From positions 480,001-544,000 of the forward strand of contig CAVZVA010000009.1 of assembly GCA_963778655.1 (NCBI GenBank): a stretch of DNA of 64,000 bases, written 5' to 3'. Of this stretch, positions 12,548 through 22,191 are shown one piece after another (position 1 is the stretch's first letter; every line of letters begins with the position of its first letter). The stretch comes from an uncultured delta proteobacterium. GTDB taxonomy: Bacteria; Myxococcota_A; Polyangia; Polyangiales; JAFGIB01. Position numbers and translations under genes: made by a program. The notes beneath the pieces are model-generated. The model made no database searches, was not told the origin of the DNA, and worked only from the letters and a program-made list of their open reading frames with translations.

Positions 12548-14974
12548 ATGAAAGCCCGCATATACGGCATCGTGGTGCTGGCCTGGGGCACAGCCGCGCT
12601 TGCGTCCGCGCCGCCGAGCACCCTCGCGCAGGAGGGCGGTGCCGACGCGAGGCCGGCAGGCATCCCCGATGCGGGTGCGGCTGAAGCCGAGGCCGGCGCC
12701 GGAGTCGCCGGCAAGACGGCGAGCTCGGATCTGCCGCTTCCCGGCTCCGCTTCGACCGCGCCGCCTGCCGCGCCCGCACCACCTGCCGCGCCCGCACCAC
12801 CTGCCGCGCCCGCACCACCTGCGGCGAGCACGGGGCTCTCGAGCCAGCAGCCACCGGCACGGGCCCGAGCGCGGCCCGAGGCCGAGTCGGCCTTTGGCGC
12901 CGCACCCATGCTGGTGCTCGGCAGGCGGCCGATCAGCGCGGCCTCGTCGCTGTCCGTGCGGGACCGCGACTTCTCCCTGCGTCCGATCGGCAGCGTGCAG
13001 GACATCCTGCGCGTTACGCCGGGGCTGGTGCTGGTGCAGCACTCCGGCGGCGGCAAGGCGAATCAGTACTTCCTGCGCGGATTCGACGCGGACCACGGCA
13101 CCGACATCGCCTTCTCGATCGATGGGGTGCCGATCAACATGGTCTCGCACGCCCACGGCCAAGGCTTCAGCGACACCAACTTCGTCATCCCCGAGGTGGT
13201 CGAACGCGTGGAAATCACCAAGGGCCCCTACTTTGCCAACCAGGGCGACTTCGCCACCGCCGGCGCCGTCAACCTGGTCTCGCGCGACGACTTCGCGCAG
13301 AGCTCGGTGGGCTTCGGCTTCGGCCAATCCCCCGGACATGGCGAGTCGAGCTACCGCGCGCTGGTGATCGCCAGCCCCAAGCTCGACTTCATGAAGGCGA
13401 GCTTGGCCGCCGAGCTCGGTCGTGCAAACGGCCCGTTCGAGCACCCGGACCGCTGGGACAAATTCAAGCTGTGGAACAAGCTGAGCTTCGCGCCGAGCGA
13501 GCGCTCGTCGCTGAGCATCGGCGAAATGAGCTACGCCTCGGACTGGCACGGCTCGGGCCAGATCCCCGCCCGCGCGGTCGAGCAGGGCCTAGTCTCGCGC
13601 TTCGGCTCGATCGACCCCGACGAGGGCGGCGACACCGGCCGCCATCAGCTCTACGCGCGGTACACGCTGCGGCCGAGCGGCAAGAGCCGGCTCACCGCGC
13701 TGGCCTATCTCGGCAGCTATCGCTTCAACCTGTTCTCGGACTTCACGCTGTTTCTGCGCGATCCCCAACAGGGCGACGAGATCGAGCAGATCGACCGGCG
13801 CGTGTTCTACGGGGGGAGCGCGAGCTACCGCGTCACGCACGTGGCCGGCGGGGCTCGCTTCGACACCACGCTCGGCGCAGACGTGCGCAGCGACGACATT
13901 CACGAGGAGTTGTGGGACACGGCGCAGCGCGTGCAGCTGAGCAACGTCCGCGACGACGACGTCCACGAGACCCTGGGCGGCGTGTTCGTCAACGAGGAGG
14001 TCACCCCGACCGACTGGCTGCGCTTCGACCTCGGGGGGCGCGCCGATCTGATTTCGTTTGCCGTCGACGACCGCTCGCCCGGGAGCGAGCCGACCGCGCC
14101 CCACAGCGGGATTGGCAGCGCGCACCAGCTCGGCCCCAAGGCCAGCTTGATCCTGACCCCGATTCAGGCCGACCAAGCGCAACTCGACCTCTATCTGAAC
14201 TATGGTCACGGCTTTCACAGCAATGACGTGCGCGGCGCGTTCGCCGACCCGCGGGTGACGCCGCTCGCGCGCGCGGTGGGGGAGGAGGCGGGGGCGCGCG
14301 CGCGCCTGCTCGGGCGCTGGGACCTCGCGCTCGCGTTCTGGCAGCTCGATTTGGCCAGCGAGACGGTATGGAGCGGCGACGAGGGCACCACCGAGGCCGC
14401 CGGCGCCACGCGCCGCCGCGGGGTCGAGATCGAGACGCGCTACGAGCTGACGCGCTGGCTGGCGGCCGACCTGGACCTTTCGTTCACCCACTCGGCGTTT
14501 CGGCGGAACGCGGGAAACGGCAACGGGCTGGCGCTCGCGCCCAAGCAGACTTGGTCGGGCGGCCTGTCCGCACGGCACGCGCTCGGCCCGGGCACGGGGC
14601 GGGCGGGCTTGCGCTTCTACGGCATCGGCGACCGGCCGGCCACCGACGATGGCGCTCTGCAGGCGCCCGGCTTCACGCAGGTCGATCTCCACCTCGGCTA
14701 TCGCTACCGGCGTTTCGATCTGGCGTTCGACGTCGAGAACCTGCTCGATGGTGCTTTCCGCAGCGCGCAGTTCGCGACCGTGGGGCGCCTGCGCAACGAG
14801 CCCGCGATCGGCGCGCCCGTGCCCGCGGGCTTCAGCTGCGGAAGCAGCGGCCGCCTCGCCAACGCACCGGACGGCAGTTCGGCGGACGGGCGCTTCTTCG
14901 GCTGCGAGGACGTGCACTTCACGCCGGCCTATCCGCTGACGCTGCGGCTGACCAGCACGTTCTTTCTCGACTGA
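12548..14974 (+). CDS. TonB-dependent receptor, probable nickel/cobalt uptake
   Basis: Signal peptide, Pro/Ala linker with an 18-bp tandem repeat, plug motif QHSGGGKANQYFLRGFDADHGTD, barrel ending FFLD; directly downstream of nikR and the operator. Confidence 0.88.
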   Translation: MKARIYGIVVLAWGTAALASAPPSTLAQEGGADARPAGIPDAGAAEAEAGAGVAGKTASSDLPLPGSASTAPPAAPAPPAAPAPPAAPAPPAASTGLSSQQPPARARARPEAESAFGAAPMLVLGRRPISAASSLSVRDRDFSLRPIGSVQDILRVTPGLVLVQHSGGGKANQYFLRGFDADHGTDIAFSIDGVPINMVSHAHGQGFSDTNFVIPEVVERVEITKGPYFANQGDFATAGAVNLVSRDDFAQSSVGFGFGQSPGHGESSYRALVIASPKLDFMKASLAAELGRANGPFEHPDRWDKFKLWNKLSFAPSERSSLSIGEMSYASDWHGSGQIPARAVEQGLVSRFGSIDPDEGGDTGRHQLYARYTLRPSGKSRLTALAYLGSYRFNLFSDFTLFLRDPQQGDEIEQIDRRVFYGGSASYRVTHVAGGARFDTTLGADVRSDDIHEELWDTAQRVQLSNVRDDDVHETLGGVFVNEEVTPTDWLRFDLGGRADLISFAVDDRSPGSEPTAPHSGIGSAHQLGPKASLILTPIQADQAQLDLYLNYGHGFHSNDVRGAFADPRVTPLARAVGEEAGARARLLGRWDLALAFWQLDLASETVWSGDEGTTEAAGATRRRGVEIETRYELTRWLAADLDLSFTHSAFRRNAGNGNGLALAPKQTWSGGLSARHALGPGTGRAGLRFYGIGDRPATDDGALQAPGFTQVDLHLGYRYRRFDLAFDVENLLDGAFRSAQFATVGRLRNEPAIGAPVPAGFSCGSSGRLANAPDGSSADGRFFGCEDVHFTPAYPLTLRLTSTFFLD

Positions 14975-14985
14975 CGCCCGGGGCG

Positions 14986-17475
14986 CTACAAGCCCGGGCG
15001 CGCGTGGACGATGTCGATTCCTTCGACCTCGCCGAAGCCGTGGCAGGTCGCGCACGCTTCTTTGAGCTTGCTCGGGTCACCGCCGACGATCAGCGTTTGG
15101 GTGGCGACGTGCACCGCCGTTTGGTCGTCGTCGTGGCAGCCGGTGCATGCGGCCGCGGTCGGGCCCATGTAGGTGTCGCTGTTGTTCACGCGGGCCCCGC
15201 TCGAGTCGATCAAGGTCATGTGCGAGGGCACCAGCGGAGGCAGCGGCAGCGTGTAGTGCTTGGGCACGTGGCAGTTGGTGCAGTCGCGGCGGTCGCCCGG
15301 GAACCGCACTGTGGAGAAGTCGTGGCTGCCGATCTGAAACTCGTTGGACCCATCCACCCCGGTGTGAATGCGGTGGATCATGTGACTCAGCCGCAAGCTC
15401 GCCGTGAGCTTGGTATCGGGAGAGGCCGGCAGCGGGATGTTGGAGCTGTCCTTGTTGGCGTTGTGGCACATCACGCAGTACTCGGGGTCGTTGCGCAAGC
15501 CGCCGTGCGCCTGCAGGTCTTGGTGGCAGTTGTTGCAGTTCTCCACGACCACCGCCGTACGCCGCGGCACCGCCGTGGTGTCCGTGACCCCGAAATAGAA
15601 CACGCTGTTGTGCATCGGATAGGTCACGTCGATCTGCGTGTTCTTCGGGTCCGACGCCGTTTGCTTGAGGCGCGCTTCCATGCCCACCGCCCAACTGCCG
15701 GTCACGGGAATCGCGGGTGTGGGCAGAGCGGCGATCTGGGTGATCGTCATGTCCGGGGTCCAGGTGAAACGCCCCGGCGTTCCGCTCACGGCGGCGAGCG
15801 TCCCGGCAGCCGTGCCGCCCTGGACGACGAATTGGGTGTAGTTCACGTAGTCGGTGGTCGGACCGGCGAAGGTGAAGCGCAGCCGGTCGAGCGGGGTGGT
15901 CGTGATGTCGTAGCCCTGATCGTTGACCTTCACGTCGAAGGTGATCACGGGCGTGTCGCTCGGGCCGGTTCCGGTTACGCTCACGATCCCGCCGGTGAAC
16001 ACCGGCGCCGCCGACACGAACGAGCCGTCGCTGGCGTTGCGTAGGTCGAACTGCTGCGGGATGCGGTGCACCTTGGTGACGTCGGTCTCGAGGCTGGCGA
16101 CCGGTCCCATCCCCTCGCCGTGGCAGTTGACGCACAGCGTGTCGGTCGTCTGCTGCCCGCCGCTGTGGAGCTTCATGTAGGCCGGGTGGCTGTTCGTGAA
16201 CGCGATGTTGTCGTGGCACGAGCCGCATGCGGCGCGCGAGAAGGCGGTCTTCCAGCGGGCGCCGTCAGGACCCTTGTGACAGGTGTCGCAGTTCTCGATC
16301 GGCTGGGGGAACTGCACGTCGGAGAAATCGTGAATGGAGTCCCTGTAGCCGACGATCTCGTAGGTCCCGCCGTCCACCACGCTGGGCAGGCTGCTGCCGC
16401 GATGGATCTTGTGGATCATCTGCGCCATGTCGATGGTGTTGCCCGACTCGGGGTCGACCATGCCGCTCACGTGGCAGGTGATGCACAACCCCACCTCGCG
16501 GCGGCTGCCGCCGTGGGCCTGCAGGGTGTTGTGGCACCCGTTGCAGGCCGCGGTCGTGACGATCTCGCGTGTTTGGGTGACGTCCTGACCGTCCGGCCGG
16601 AAGTTGTACAGCGGGTTCGAGGCGTAGAGCGCGCCGTCGGTCGTCCGTGCTGCGTACACCGCGAGCGTGTGCGTCTTGGTCTGGTCGTAGTCCGAAGGCA
16701 GGGCGTTGTGGAAGCGATAGCTGTACTTGCCTTGCGTGGAGTCGATCTCGGTCCAGGTGCCGTTGCTTTCCGACGCCGGCTCGGTCGAGGCGTCGAGCAC
16801 CGGGGGGATGCCTCCGTCCAGCGTGTCTCCGGCCACGGTCGAGGTGTTGTACGGCACGTACTCGCCCACGCCCGTGTCCGAGCTCGAGAGGTAGGAAAGC
16901 ACGAAGCTGGCGCTGACCGGGTCCGGCGTGTAGACGCCGGTGCGATCCAGCGGATGGTGGGCAGCGTCTTCGATCGTGAGCTCGACGACCGGGTGAAGGT
17001 CCGAAGGAATCGTCACGCTGTCGATTGTGACCACCACACCGGGACCGACCACGTACGCGCTGCGTCCGCTACCCGTGACGCCGCCGTCGGCGCTGGTGCC
17101 GTTGGTGCCGTTGGTGCCGTTGGTGCCGTCCTTACCGTTGGTGCCGTTGGTGCCGTCCTTACCGTCGGTGCCGTTCTTGCCGTTGGTGCCGTTCGTGACC
17201 TTGGCGGTCGTGCCGTCGGCGCACTTGATGGTCTTGCTGCCGTCGCCGTTCGCGGTCACCGAGCAGGAGCCGCCGCCCGTGCCCGGGATGGTCACGCTCG
17301 TGCCGTCGTCACAAGTGATCGCGGTGCCGCCACCCCCGTCGGCAGGGCCGACCGTGCAGGAGCTGCCCGCCGCGCCCCGATCTCCCGAGCATGCGGCGAG
17401 GGTCGCGGCTCCGAGCACGATCAACGTGACGTGGACAGATCGGACGAAGCCCAGACGACGCGAGTACGAAGCCAT
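14986..17475 (-). CDS. OmcA/MtrC-family decaheme c-type cytochrome lipoprotein
   Basis: Lipobox LAAC; 10 CxxCH motifs in two pentaheme blocks separated by heme-free beta domains; HGG.R, MIHKIH/MIHRIH and FPQ/FPG motifs; RBS GGAGG. Confidence 0.92.
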   Translation of the reverse strand: MASYSRRLGFVRSVHVTLIVLGAATLAACSGDRGAAGSSCTVGPADGGGGTAITCDDGTSVTIPGTGGGSCSVTANGDGSKTIKCADGTTAKVTNGTNGKNGTDGKDGTNGTNGKDGTNGTNGTNGTSADGGVTGSGRSAYVVGPGVVVTIDSVTIPSDLHPVVELTIEDAAHHPLDRTGVYTPDPVSASFVLSYLSSSDTGVGEYVPYNTSTVAGDTLDGGIPPVLDASTEPASESNGTWTEIDSTQGKYSYRFHNALPSDYDQTKTHTLAVYAARTTDGALYASNPLYNFRPDGQDVTQTREIVTTAACNGCHNTLQAHGGSRREVGLCITCHVSGMVDPESGNTIDMAQMIHKIHRGSSLPSVVDGGTYEIVGYRDSIHDFSDVQFPQPIENCDTCHKGPDGARWKTAFSRAACGSCHDNIAFTNSHPAYMKLHSGGQQTTDTLCVNCHGEGMGPVASLETDVTKVHRIPQQFDLRNASDGSFVSAAPVFTGGIVSVTGTGPSDTPVITFDVKVNDQGYDITTTPLDRLRFTFAGPTTDYVNYTQFVVQGGTAAGTLAAVSGTPGRFTWTPDMTITQIAALPTPAIPVTGSWAVGMEARLKQTASDPKNTQIDVTYPMHNSVFYFGVTDTTAVPRRTAVVVENCNNCHQDLQAHGGLRNDPEYCVMCHNANKDSSNIPLPASPDTKLTASLRLSHMIHRIHTGVDGSNEFQIGSHDFSTVRFPGDRRDCTNCHVPKHYTLPLPPLVPSHMTLIDSSGARVNNSDTYMGPTAAACTGCHDDDQTAVHVATQTLIVGGDPSKLKEACATCHGFGEVEGIDIVHARPGL
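17092..17190 (-). repeat. 9-bp tandem repeat encoding 11 collagen-like Gly-X-Y triplets (GTN/GKD/GKN)
   Basis: Repeated GTTGGTGCC units and variants on the + strand. Confidence 0.85.
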
Positions 17476-17628
17476 GTATCCTCCAAGCAGGGCCAGAGCG
17501 GAACGTAGGCGCGAGCATACGGGTTGCCCAGCGAGCTTTCACCTTCTTTTTCTGTTGCGAGGGGCTACCATGGTGACTTCTCGGGAATGTAGGCCGATGT
17601 CCGTGTGGCTTGGATCAGCGTTTTGAAT

Positions 17629-17642
17629 TTGATCGCACGCAA
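17629..17642. promoter_or_regulatory. Candidate FNR/CRP-family site in the divergent cytochrome promoter region
   Basis: TTGAT-CGCA-CGCAA, 8/10 match to TTGAT-N4-ATCAA, in an AT-rich intergenic patch; TATCTT at 17661-17666. Confidence 0.5.
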
Positions 17643-17670
17643 ACCGAAATCTTCCTGACCTATCTTCGTC

Positions 17671-19776
17671 ATGCGCGTCTTACCTTTCGCCGCCCTTGCC
17701 GCTGTCGCCTTGCTGATCGGTTTCGGTTGCGAGGGGCCGCGAGGGCCCGCAGGCCGGACGGGAGACGCGGGTCCTCGCGGGGCTTCGGGTGACGCAGGCC
17801 CGCCGGGCGAAGCCGGGCCGCGCGGAGCGCGAGGAGCCCAGGGCCCTGCCGGCGACGCGGCCGCGCCGGCAGCGACCCTGGCGCTCGAGCCCGACGGCAT
17901 CGTCGGTGTGGTGCGCGATCCGAGCGGGCAGCTCGTTCCGCTCGGCCATGTCTATCTCGTTCCGGCCGCCGACGTCGCCGCGCTCGCCAAGGTCCCGCTC
18001 GATCTCTCGCTCGCGCCCTCCGCCGCCGCGGGTTTCGCCGGCGATGAGCCGCTCGAGGATCTGCTCGACCAGAACGCCTCGAGCTACACCGCCGCCAGCG
18101 TCGCCGCGGACGGCAGCTATCGCATCCCGCAGGTCGGCGACGGCGCCTACTTCATCGTGTGGCAGCCCGATGACAAGGACACCGGCCACCTGCCGGGCGG
18201 CGATCGCTGCCGCAAGGCGCTCGACCGCGCTTCGCTGGTCGGCACCCGGCTCGACATCGAGGTGAGCGGCCGCCCGAGCGTGGAGGCCACCTACGTCGGA
18301 TCGAGCGCGTGCTTCAACTGCCACGGACGGCAGCGCAGCATGCGCACCGCGCACCGCGTCGGCCTGTCGGTGCCGGGCATCCGCGGCGCCTTCCAGGACG
18401 TCTCGCCCTGGCCCGGCTTCGACGCCGCGCTGGCGGCGTTCGAGAGCGCGACCACGCTCTACTACTACGATTGCGACCCGACCCGCAGCGGCGAAGCCAA
18501 GTGCAGCGTGTCGGACACCGACCCGACGCTGTCGACGCCGAGCGCAGTGATCAGCTTCGAGCTCCGGCTGGCGCGCGATCCGGCGGTCGCCAAGGCGGAC
18601 GTGGGCGCGTACACCGTCACGCTGGTCAACCGCCTCGGCGCGGGCAGCGCGACCTATCCGGTCGCGCTCAGCTACGGCGGCGCCGTGTACCGGCAGCGTT
18701 TCCTGACACGCAGCGCGCTGTCGGGTGGCGGGTTCAGCTACTACGTGCTGCCCCTCCAATACAACACGGCCGGCTCCAACGGCTATCCCGCTTCCGCTGA
18801 CTGGGTATGGCGCGACGCGCACTCCGAGCAGTGGTACGACTTCGCCCAGTCGAAGCTGGCCGAGCCGAGCCACCAGCAGGCGTTCGACAACGGCTGCGCG
18901 GGTTGCCACTTCACCGGCATGCGGCTGCAAGGCGACGCCGCCTCCGGCTTCAGCGCGCACGCCGTGTCCGAGCCCAACGGCGACTTCGACTACGACGGCG
19001 ACGGCCGGCGCGAGGAGATCAACATCGGCTGCGAGAGCTGCCACGGGCCCGGCTCCGAGCACCTCGAGGCGAAGGTGCGCGGCCTGCACATCGTGTCGCC
19101 GAGCCTGCTCACTCCCGGGCGCGAGACCCTGATTTGCGGGCGTTGCCATTCGCGGCCGGCGGGCGTGGGCGGCGGCGGCACCGAGGCTCCACTGTCGGCC
19201 GATGGCCGCATGCCGGCGCCCGGGCTGCGCCGGGCCGATTACGTCGCCGCGTTCACCTCGCGCGTCGATGCCCCGCCTGACGACTTTCACGCCAGCGGGG
19301 ACTCGAAGGCGTTCCACCAGCAGTACACCGACTTCATCCGCTCGGGCATGTACCGCAACGGCTCGGTGCTGATGACCTGCGCCAGCTGTCACGACGCGCA
19401 CGGCAACGATCAGAACACGCACGAGCTGCGCGTCGCGCAGGACGACAACGGCGCCTGCACCGGCTGCCACTCGGGTGCCGACTTCACCGCGCCCCGCGGT
19501 CACATCGGCAAGGTGACGCCGGACTCGCACACCAACGTCGATGATTCGCTGCTGCAGTGCACGGCGTGCCACATGGTGCGCACGATCGCGGGCGGAGCGC
19601 GCCGGCCCGAGCTGCTCGACAACATTCCGGCGAGCGCGACCCCGGTGCAGTACTTCCACGGCGACCTCGCGTCCCACCGCTTCGCCGTCACGCGGCGCGA
19701 TCAATACGACGTGCAGCCGGTGGCCTTCACCTTGCAATGCGCGTTCTGCCACGGCGCCGAGCTGCCCAACCCCTGA
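17671..19776 (+). CDS. Octaheme c-type cytochrome lipoprotein with collagen-like N-terminus
   Basis: Lipobox-like GFGC; 14 Gly-X-Y triplets (17734-17859); 8 CxxCH (CFNCH, CAGCH, CESCH, CGRCH, CASCH, CTGCH, CTACH, CAFCH). Confidence 0.9.
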   Translation: MRVLPFAALAAVALLIGFGCEGPRGPAGRTGDAGPRGASGDAGPPGEAGPRGARGAQGPAGDAAAPAATLALEPDGIVGVVRDPSGQLVPLGHVYLVPAADVAALAKVPLDLSLAPSAAAGFAGDEPLEDLLDQNASSYTAASVAADGSYRIPQVGDGAYFIVWQPDDKDTGHLPGGDRCRKALDRASLVGTRLDIEVSGRPSVEATYVGSSACFNCHGRQRSMRTAHRVGLSVPGIRGAFQDVSPWPGFDAALAAFESATTLYYYDCDPTRSGEAKCSVSDTDPTLSTPSAVISFELRLARDPAVAKADVGAYTVTLVNRLGAGSATYPVALSYGGAVYRQRFLTRSALSGGGFSYYVLPLQYNTAGSNGYPASADWVWRDAHSEQWYDFAQSKLAEPSHQQAFDNGCAGCHFTGMRLQGDAASGFSAHAVSEPNGDFDYDGDGRREEINIGCESCHGPGSEHLEAKVRGLHIVSPSLLTPGRETLICGRCHSRPAGVGGGGTEAPLSADGRMPAPGLRRADYVAAFTSRVDAPPDDFHASGDSKAFHQQYTDFIRSGMYRNGSVLMTCASCHDAHGNDQNTHELRVAQDDNGACTGCHSGADFTAPRGHIGKVTPDSHTNVDDSLLQCTACHMVRTIAGGARRPELLDNIPASATPVQYFHGDLASHRFAVTRRDQYDVQPVAFTLQCAFCHGAELPNP

Positions 19777-19786
19777 GCGTCCGCCC

Positions 19787-21139
19787 ATGCAAGCCGCCGG
19801 ACACGCTGTGGAGGGCCAGTGCTCGAGCCGCGGACCCTTCCCCGGCGGTCGCGACACCCACGGCCTCGGTCACGACCGTCCTCGTAGTCGCGCGCCCGCT
19901 CTCCGCCTCACCCACACGCTCCTGCTTCTGCTCCTGACCGCGTTCACCCTCCGCGCCCACGCCCAAGACCAGCCGCTATCACCGGGTCCGGCGCAAACCC
20001 CGGCTCAGGCCCAATCACTGGCCCGTCCGTACACGCCGGTGGGCGTCGACCTGCTGATGCAGGGCAGGCCGGCGGAGGGCTTGCTGATCCTGCACAGCGG
20101 CTACCGCAACTCGCCCTACGTCGACGCCGACGCGGTGGTGTTCGTGGGCGCCAGCCAGTCGGGTCGCGAGGGCGACGTGCTCAGCGTGAACCTCGGCTTT
20201 CGCGAGCCCCACGGCTACGCGCAAGGCCGCGTCGGGCGCTTCGTGCTCAGCACCGGCGCGGTCCGGCCGGTGCAGATCGACGGCGCGAGCGTGCTCGGAC
20301 GCGCACCCACCGGCTCCACGCTGCAGGTCTTCGGCGGCATGCCGGTGGTGCCCGAGCTCGGGCCGCGCGCTTTCGACTGGTTGGCCGGGGCGCGCCTGGG
20401 GCAGTGGCTGCTCGACCAGCGCGTGGGCGCCGGCGTGTCCTATCTGCAACGGCGCGACGGCGGCGAGCGCTCGGGAGAGGAGGTCGGCGCCGACCTGAGC
20501 CTGACGCCGCTGTCCTGGCTCGGGGTCAACGCGATCGGCTCCTGGGATCTGCTGCACGATGGTCTGGCCGAGGCGCGGCTCTCCGCCAACGCGCACGTCG
20601 AGCGTTCGAGCGCGCAGCTGTTCGCCTCGCGCCGGGTCGCCTCGCGCCTGCTCCCCGCGACCTCGCTGTTCTCTGTGATCAGCGAGGCGCCCAGCTCGGA
20701 GCTCGGGGCCGGATGGCTGTGGAACGCCTTTCCGCGGCTCGATCTCGGCGGCGAGGGTGCCCTGGAAGCGCTCGACCACGCGCTCGGCTACCGTGTGGCC
20801 CTGCGCACCACGCTGCGTTTCTCCGACCAGGACGGCGGACAGCTCGGGCTCGAGGCCACACGGCGCAAGCTCGGCCGCGAGGGTTGGAGCGGCGGCAGCG
20901 TGCGCGTCGAGCTGCCGATCAACGCGCGGCTGCGTACCCACGCCGGGCTGGAGCTGGTCGGCGCCGATCATCCCGCAGGGCGCGGCGCGCTGTGGCCGTG
21001 GACCCGTGTGGGCGCCAGCTACGCGCTCGGCAGCGCGTGGCTGCTGGCCGCAGCCCTGAGCGCGCGCTCGACGCCGCAGTACCGCAGCGAGCTCTACGCC
21101 CTGCTGCGGGTGAGCTACAGCGCGACGGTGACGCCATGA
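19787..21139 (+). CDS. Outer-membrane beta-barrel (porin component of a porin-cytochrome conduit)
   Basis: Signal peptide LLLLLLTAFTLRAHA-Q; ~390-aa mature region of amphipathic strands ending YALLRVSY; no heme motifs; stop overlaps the next cytochrome ATG. Start uncertain. Confidence 0.75.
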   Translation: MQAAGHAVEGQCSSRGPFPGGRDTHGLGHDRPRSRAPALRLTHTLLLLLLTAFTLRAHAQDQPLSPGPAQTPAQAQSLARPYTPVGVDLLMQGRPAEGLLILHSGYRNSPYVDADAVVFVGASQSGREGDVLSVNLGFREPHGYAQGRVGRFVLSTGAVRPVQIDGASVLGRAPTGSTLQVFGGMPVVPELGPRAFDWLAGARLGQWLLDQRVGAGVSYLQRRDGGERSGEEVGADLSLTPLSWLGVNAIGSWDLLHDGLAEARLSANAHVERSSAQLFASRRVASRLLPATSLFSVISEAPSSELGAGWLWNAFPRLDLGGEGALEALDHALGYRVALRTTLRFSDQDGGQLGLEATRRKLGREGWSGGSVRVELPINARLRTHAGLELVGADHPAGRGALWPWTRVGASYALGSAWLLAAALSARSTPQYRSELYALLRVSYSATVTP

Positions 21140-22191
21140 GCCGCCTGGCTCTGACCTGCTGCGCGCTCGTGCTGGTCACGGTCGCGGCCTGCGCCGGGCT
21201 GCTCGGCGTGCGCAAGACGCCCGAGCGGCCGTTCGAGCACCGCGCGCACGTGCTCAAGGGCATCGCCTGCGTGCAGTGCCACACGCGCGTGGCCAGGAGC
21301 GACGCGAGCGCGCCGCTCGACCTGCCGGGCACGAAGATCTGCCTGCAGTGCCACCAGAAGCCGCACGACAGCCGCCGCTGCGCCAGCTGTCACGGCCGCG
21401 AGCAGAACCGCCGCGACGTGGAACAGGCCAAGCTGCACCTGCGCTTTTCGCACCGCGACCACAAAGGCACCGATCCCGGCATGTGCGTGCGCTGCCACGG
21501 GGCGGTGCTGCACGGCGACGGACCGCTGCGACCGCCGATGGCGACCTGTCTCGGCTGTCACGAGCACCGCGACCAGTGGAGCGCGCGTAGCTGCTCGCCC
21601 TGCCACGTGCGGCTCGAGACCGAAGGCGAGCGGCCGGCCAGTCACGTGGTGCACGGCGCGAGCTTTCTCCAGCGCCACGGTCTGGAGGCTGCGACCTCGC
21701 GCGATCTGTGCACCACCTGTCATGCCGAGAGCAGCTGCGCGGCGTGTCACGGCGCCGGCACGGTTCCGGCGTTGCCGTCGACCTGGCACTTCGATCAGCC
21801 GAACCGCCCGGACATGCACCCCGAGGGCTTCTTCGCTCGTCATAGCCTCGAAGCGCGTACCGATCCGGCGCTCTGCACCACCTGTCACCGTGACCAGCGC
21901 GAGTGTCGCGACTGCCATCGCGAGCGCGGCCTGCTCGAGGTCACGCCTCAGCACGGCAGCCCGCACCCGGCCGGCTGGGTCGGCACGCGCGGCTCGGAGA
22001 ATCGCCACGGCATCGAGGCGCGCGCCAATCCGCTGGCCTGCGCCGGCTGTCACGGTGGCTCGGGCGAAAGCCTGTGCGTGGGCTGTCACCGTGTAGGCGG
22101 CCCGGGCGGCAATCCGCACCCGCCGGGCTTCAGCTCGCGCAAGCCGCTGAGCGACCTGCCTTGCCGCATGTGCCACACGGAGGCCCCGTGA
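21136..22191 (+). CDS. 13-heme c-type cytochrome lipoprotein
   Basis: Lipobox VAAC; 13 CxxCH in 351 aa; F.H..H c3/c7-like motifs followed by H...F/W...H repeats; ATGA overlap. Confidence 0.92.
   Translation: MSRLALTCCALVLVTVAACAGLLGVRKTPERPFEHRAHVLKGIACVQCHTRVARSDASAPLDLPGTKICLQCHQKPHDSRRCASCHGREQNRRDVEQAKLHLRFSHRDHKGTDPGMCVRCHGAVLHGDGPLRPPMATCLGCHEHRDQWSARSCSPCHVRLETEGERPASHVVHGASFLQRHGLEAATSRDLCTTCHAESSCAACHGAGTVPALPSTWHFDQPNRPDMHPEGFFARHSLEARTDPALCTTCHRDQRECRDCHRERGLLEVTPQHGSPHPAGWVGTRGSENRHGIEARANPLACAGCHGGSGESLCVGCHRVGGPGGNPHPPGFSSRKPLSDLPCRMCHTEAP

Noticed and set aside
17092..17190. Possible CRISPR array
   Set aside because: Contiguous 9-bp coding repeats with no spacers and no cas genes.
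17671..19776. Cytochrome c nitrite reductase (NrfA/ONR) or OmcZ/OmcS nanowire call
   Set aside because: No CxxCK motif and no recognisable family-specific sequence.
19787..22191. Naming the barrel and 13-heme genes mtrB/mtrA or extB/extA
   Set aside because: The barrel is much shorter than MtrB and the cytochrome has 13 hemes and a lipobox; orthology cannot be established without searches.
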